From NCBI GenBank assembly GCA_002269645.1, contig NIVC01001187.1:248001-312000 (forward strand): a stretch of DNA of 64,000 bases, written 5' to 3'. The notes beneath the pieces are model-generated. The model made no database searches. It saw only the letters and a program-made list of their open reading frames with translations, and had not been told where the DNA came from. The DNA is from Macrostomum lignano. Its lineage: Eukaryota. Shown one piece after another: positions 61,601 to 64,000 of this stretch (the stretch's first letter is position 1; each line of letters opens with the position of its first letter). The position numbers and the translations under genes are program-made.

Positions 61601-64000
61601 AACTTCAGTAGGCCAAACTTGATATTTTGGGTCAAGCTGTGATTATAGTAGGTCAATTAGCTCTGATTATAGTGGGTCATGCTTTGATTATAGTGGGTCA
61701 AGCTCTGGTTATAGTGGGTCAAGCTTTGATTATAGTCAAGCTGTAGTCAAGCTGTGATTATAGTAGGTCAATTAGCTCTGATTATAGTGGGTCATGCTTT
61801 GATTATAGTAGGTCAATTAGCTCTGATTATAGTGGGTCAAGCTTTTATTATAGTCAAGCTGTAGTCAAGCTGTGATTATAGTAGGTCAATTAGCTCTGAT
61901 TATAGTGGGTCAAGCTTTGATTATAGTAGGTCAATTAGCTCTGATTATAGTGGGTCAAGCTTTTATTATAGTCAAGCTGTAGTCAAGCTGTGATTATAGT
62001 AGGTCAATTAGCTCTGATTATAGTGGGTCAAGCTTTGATTATAGTAGGTCAATTAGCTCTGATTATAGTGGGTCAAGCTTTTATTATAGTCAAGCTGTAG
62101 TCAAGCTGTGATTATAGTAGGTCAATTAGCTCTGATTATAGTGGGTCAAGCTTTGATTATAGTAGGTCAATTAGCTCTGATTATAGTGGGTCAAGCTTTG
62201 ATTATAGTAGGTCAATTAGCTCCGATTATAGTGGGTCAAGCTTCTGATTATAGTGGGTCAAGCTGTGATTAAAGTGGGTCAATTAGCTCAGATTAAAGTA
62301 GGTCAAGCTCTGATAATAGTGAGTCAAGCTCTGATTATAGTGGGTCAATCTCTGATTATAGTGGGTCAAGCTTTGATTATAGTGGGTCACGCTTTGATTA
62401 TAGTGGGTCAATCTCTGATTATAGTGGGTCAAGTTCTGATTACAGTGGGTCAATCTCTGATTATAGTGGGTCAAGTTCTGATTACAGTGGGTCAATCTCT
62501 TATTATAGTGGGTCAAGCTTTGATTATAATGGGTCACGTTTTGATTATAGTGGGTCAGTCTCTGATTATAGTGGGTCAAGCTTTGATTATAGTGGGTCAC
62601 GCTTTGATTATAGTGGGTCACGCTTTGATTTTAGTGGGTCAAGCTGTGATTATAGTGGGTCAAGCTCCGATTATAGTGGGTCAATCTCTGATTATAGTGG
62701 GTCAAGCTTTGATTATAGTGGGTCACGCTTTGATTATAGTAGGTCAAGCTTTGGTTATAGTAGGTCAAGCTTTGGTTATAGTGGGTCACGCTTTGATTAT
62801 AGTGGGTCACGATTTGATTATAGTGGGTCAAACTGTGATTATAGTGGGTCAAGCTGTGATTATAGTGGGTCAAGCTGTGATTATAGTGGGTCAAGCTCTG
62901 ATTATAGTGTGTCAAGCGCTTATTATAGTGGGTCAAGCTTTGATTATAGTGGGTCAAGTTTTTATTATAGTGGGTCACGCTTTGATTATAGTGGGTCACG
63001 ATTTGATTATAGTGGGTCAAACTGTGATTATAGTGGGTCAAGCTGTGATTATAGTGGGTCAAGCTGTGATTATAGTGGGTCAAGCTCTGATTATAGTGTG
63101 TCAAGCGCTTATTATAGTGGGTCAAGCTTTGATTATAGTGGGTCAAGTTTTTATTATAGTGGGTCACGCTTTGATTATAGTAGTTCAAGCTTTGATTATA
63201 GTGGGTCACGCTTTGATTATAGTGGGTCAAGCTGTGATTATTGTGGGTCAAGCTTTGATTATAGTGGGTCAATCTCTTATTATAGTGGGTCAAGCTTTGA
63301 TTATAATGGGTCACGTTTTGATTATAGTGGGTCAGTCTCTGATTATAGTGGGTCAAGCTTTGATTATAGTGGGTCACGCTTTGATTATAGTGGGTCACGC
63401 TTTGATTTTAGTGGGTCAAGCTGTGATTATAGTGGGTCAAGCTCCGATTATAGTGGTTCAAGTTCTGATATAGTGCGTCAAGCTCTGATTATGGTGGATC
63501 AAGATTCTGATTATAGTGGGTCAAGCTCTGATTATAGTGGGTCAAGCTGATTACAGCGGGTCAAGATCGAATAACAGTGGGTCAAGTCCTTATCTCAGTG
63601 GGTCAGGCTCTAATCACTGTGGGTCAAGCCCGAATAAGTGGGTCAGGTCCTTATCTCAGTAGGTCAAGTCCTTATCTCAGTGGGTCAAGATCGAATAACA
63701 GTGGGTCAAGTCCTTATCTCAGTGGGTCAGGCTCTAATCACAGGGGCTCAAGCTTAAGAACTCAATAGATTATTTAAAAAACCAATTCATGAGCTCCCTA
63801 ACCGTCTCGGGAAGCTGAGCGAACCGACTAAGGCGTTGCAACGCGTGCGCCACCGCGTCGACGGACTCCTCAGCCGGCAGGAAGCCGCGCAGCCGGCCCA
63901 GATCCGGCATGCCGGCCTTGATCTCCTCGTATTTGTTCGCCGCCGCGATGCCCCGCTGGCGGTGCCGGCGGCCAACAGCCAGCGCAGCTTCAGCAGGCGG
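55643..64000 (-). CDS. OPA1: Dynamin-like mitochondrial fusion GTPase OPA1 (5' end beyond the window; two 1-nt frame breaks)
   Basis: Exons >64000-63803, 61513-61459, 61332-60867, 60233-59835, 58897-58484, 57877-57307 and 56241-55643. Motifs [82 protein letters not shown] and [10 protein letters not shown]. Frame breaks at about 63951-63954 and about 59890. Confidence 0.93.
56335..57297. repeat. 19-21-bp minisatellite ATCAGGACAGTCACAGGGG (last OPA1 intron)
   Basis: Direct tandem repeat filling the intron. Confidence 0.93.
57945..58465. repeat. Two 23-bp arrays, GAGGCTGCCATCCGCCCCCGATC and CACTCAGCAACCGCCCCAGCCCG (OPA1 intron)
   Basis: Direct tandem repeats. Confidence 0.88.
58985..59730. 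repeat. 20-bp minisatellite GGGAGATGTCAGGTGCGGAC (OPA1 intron)
   Basis: Direct tandem repeat. Confidence 0.93.
60245..60790. repeat. 35-bp minisatellite GGGTCATAGTGGGTCAGGTCATACCGGAGCCTGCT (OPA1 intron)
   Basis: Direct tandem repeat. Confidence 0.92.
61630..63745. repeat. 21-bp minisatellite GATTATAGTGGGTCAAGCTTT (OPA1 intron)
   Basis: Direct tandem repeat with internal block duplications. Confidence 0.93.

Noticed and set aside
62253-63550. 406-aa hydrophobic IIVGQAL ORF and overlapping frames
   Set aside because: Same artefact, in an OPA1 intron; no start context or unique sequence.

Overview
This is eukaryotic (animal) genomic DNA with GC-rich exons, spliceosomal introns and very dense minisatellites. 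The style suggests a free-living flatworm such as Macrostomum, but that is inference only. Eight protein-coding genes can be reconstructed by hand: UBA52 (ubiquitin-L40, -), RFC1 (10 coding exons, +), an unrecognised signal-peptide-bearing Arg-rich repeat protein (+), a p24/TMED7-like cargo receptor (+), a C2H2 zinc-finger protein (+), SSBP2/3/4-like Ssdp (-), an uncharacterised poly-Q protein with an atypical zinc finger (-), and OPA1 (-, 5' end beyond the window, two 1-nt frame breaks). Mobile DNA comprises a young 5'-truncated RTE-like LINE in RFC1 intron 2, hAT-type MITEs with 8-bp TSDs, a tRNA-derived SINE and an old RTE relic. Over 20 distinct minisatellite arrays are present, and almost every RFC1 and OPA1 intron carries its own private array. 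Most long ORFs in the supplied track are artefacts of these arrays. The top candidate novelty is the 788-aa spliced, apparently secreted polycationic repeat protein at 21396-23848. Coordinates were counted by eye, and array boundaries are approximate.
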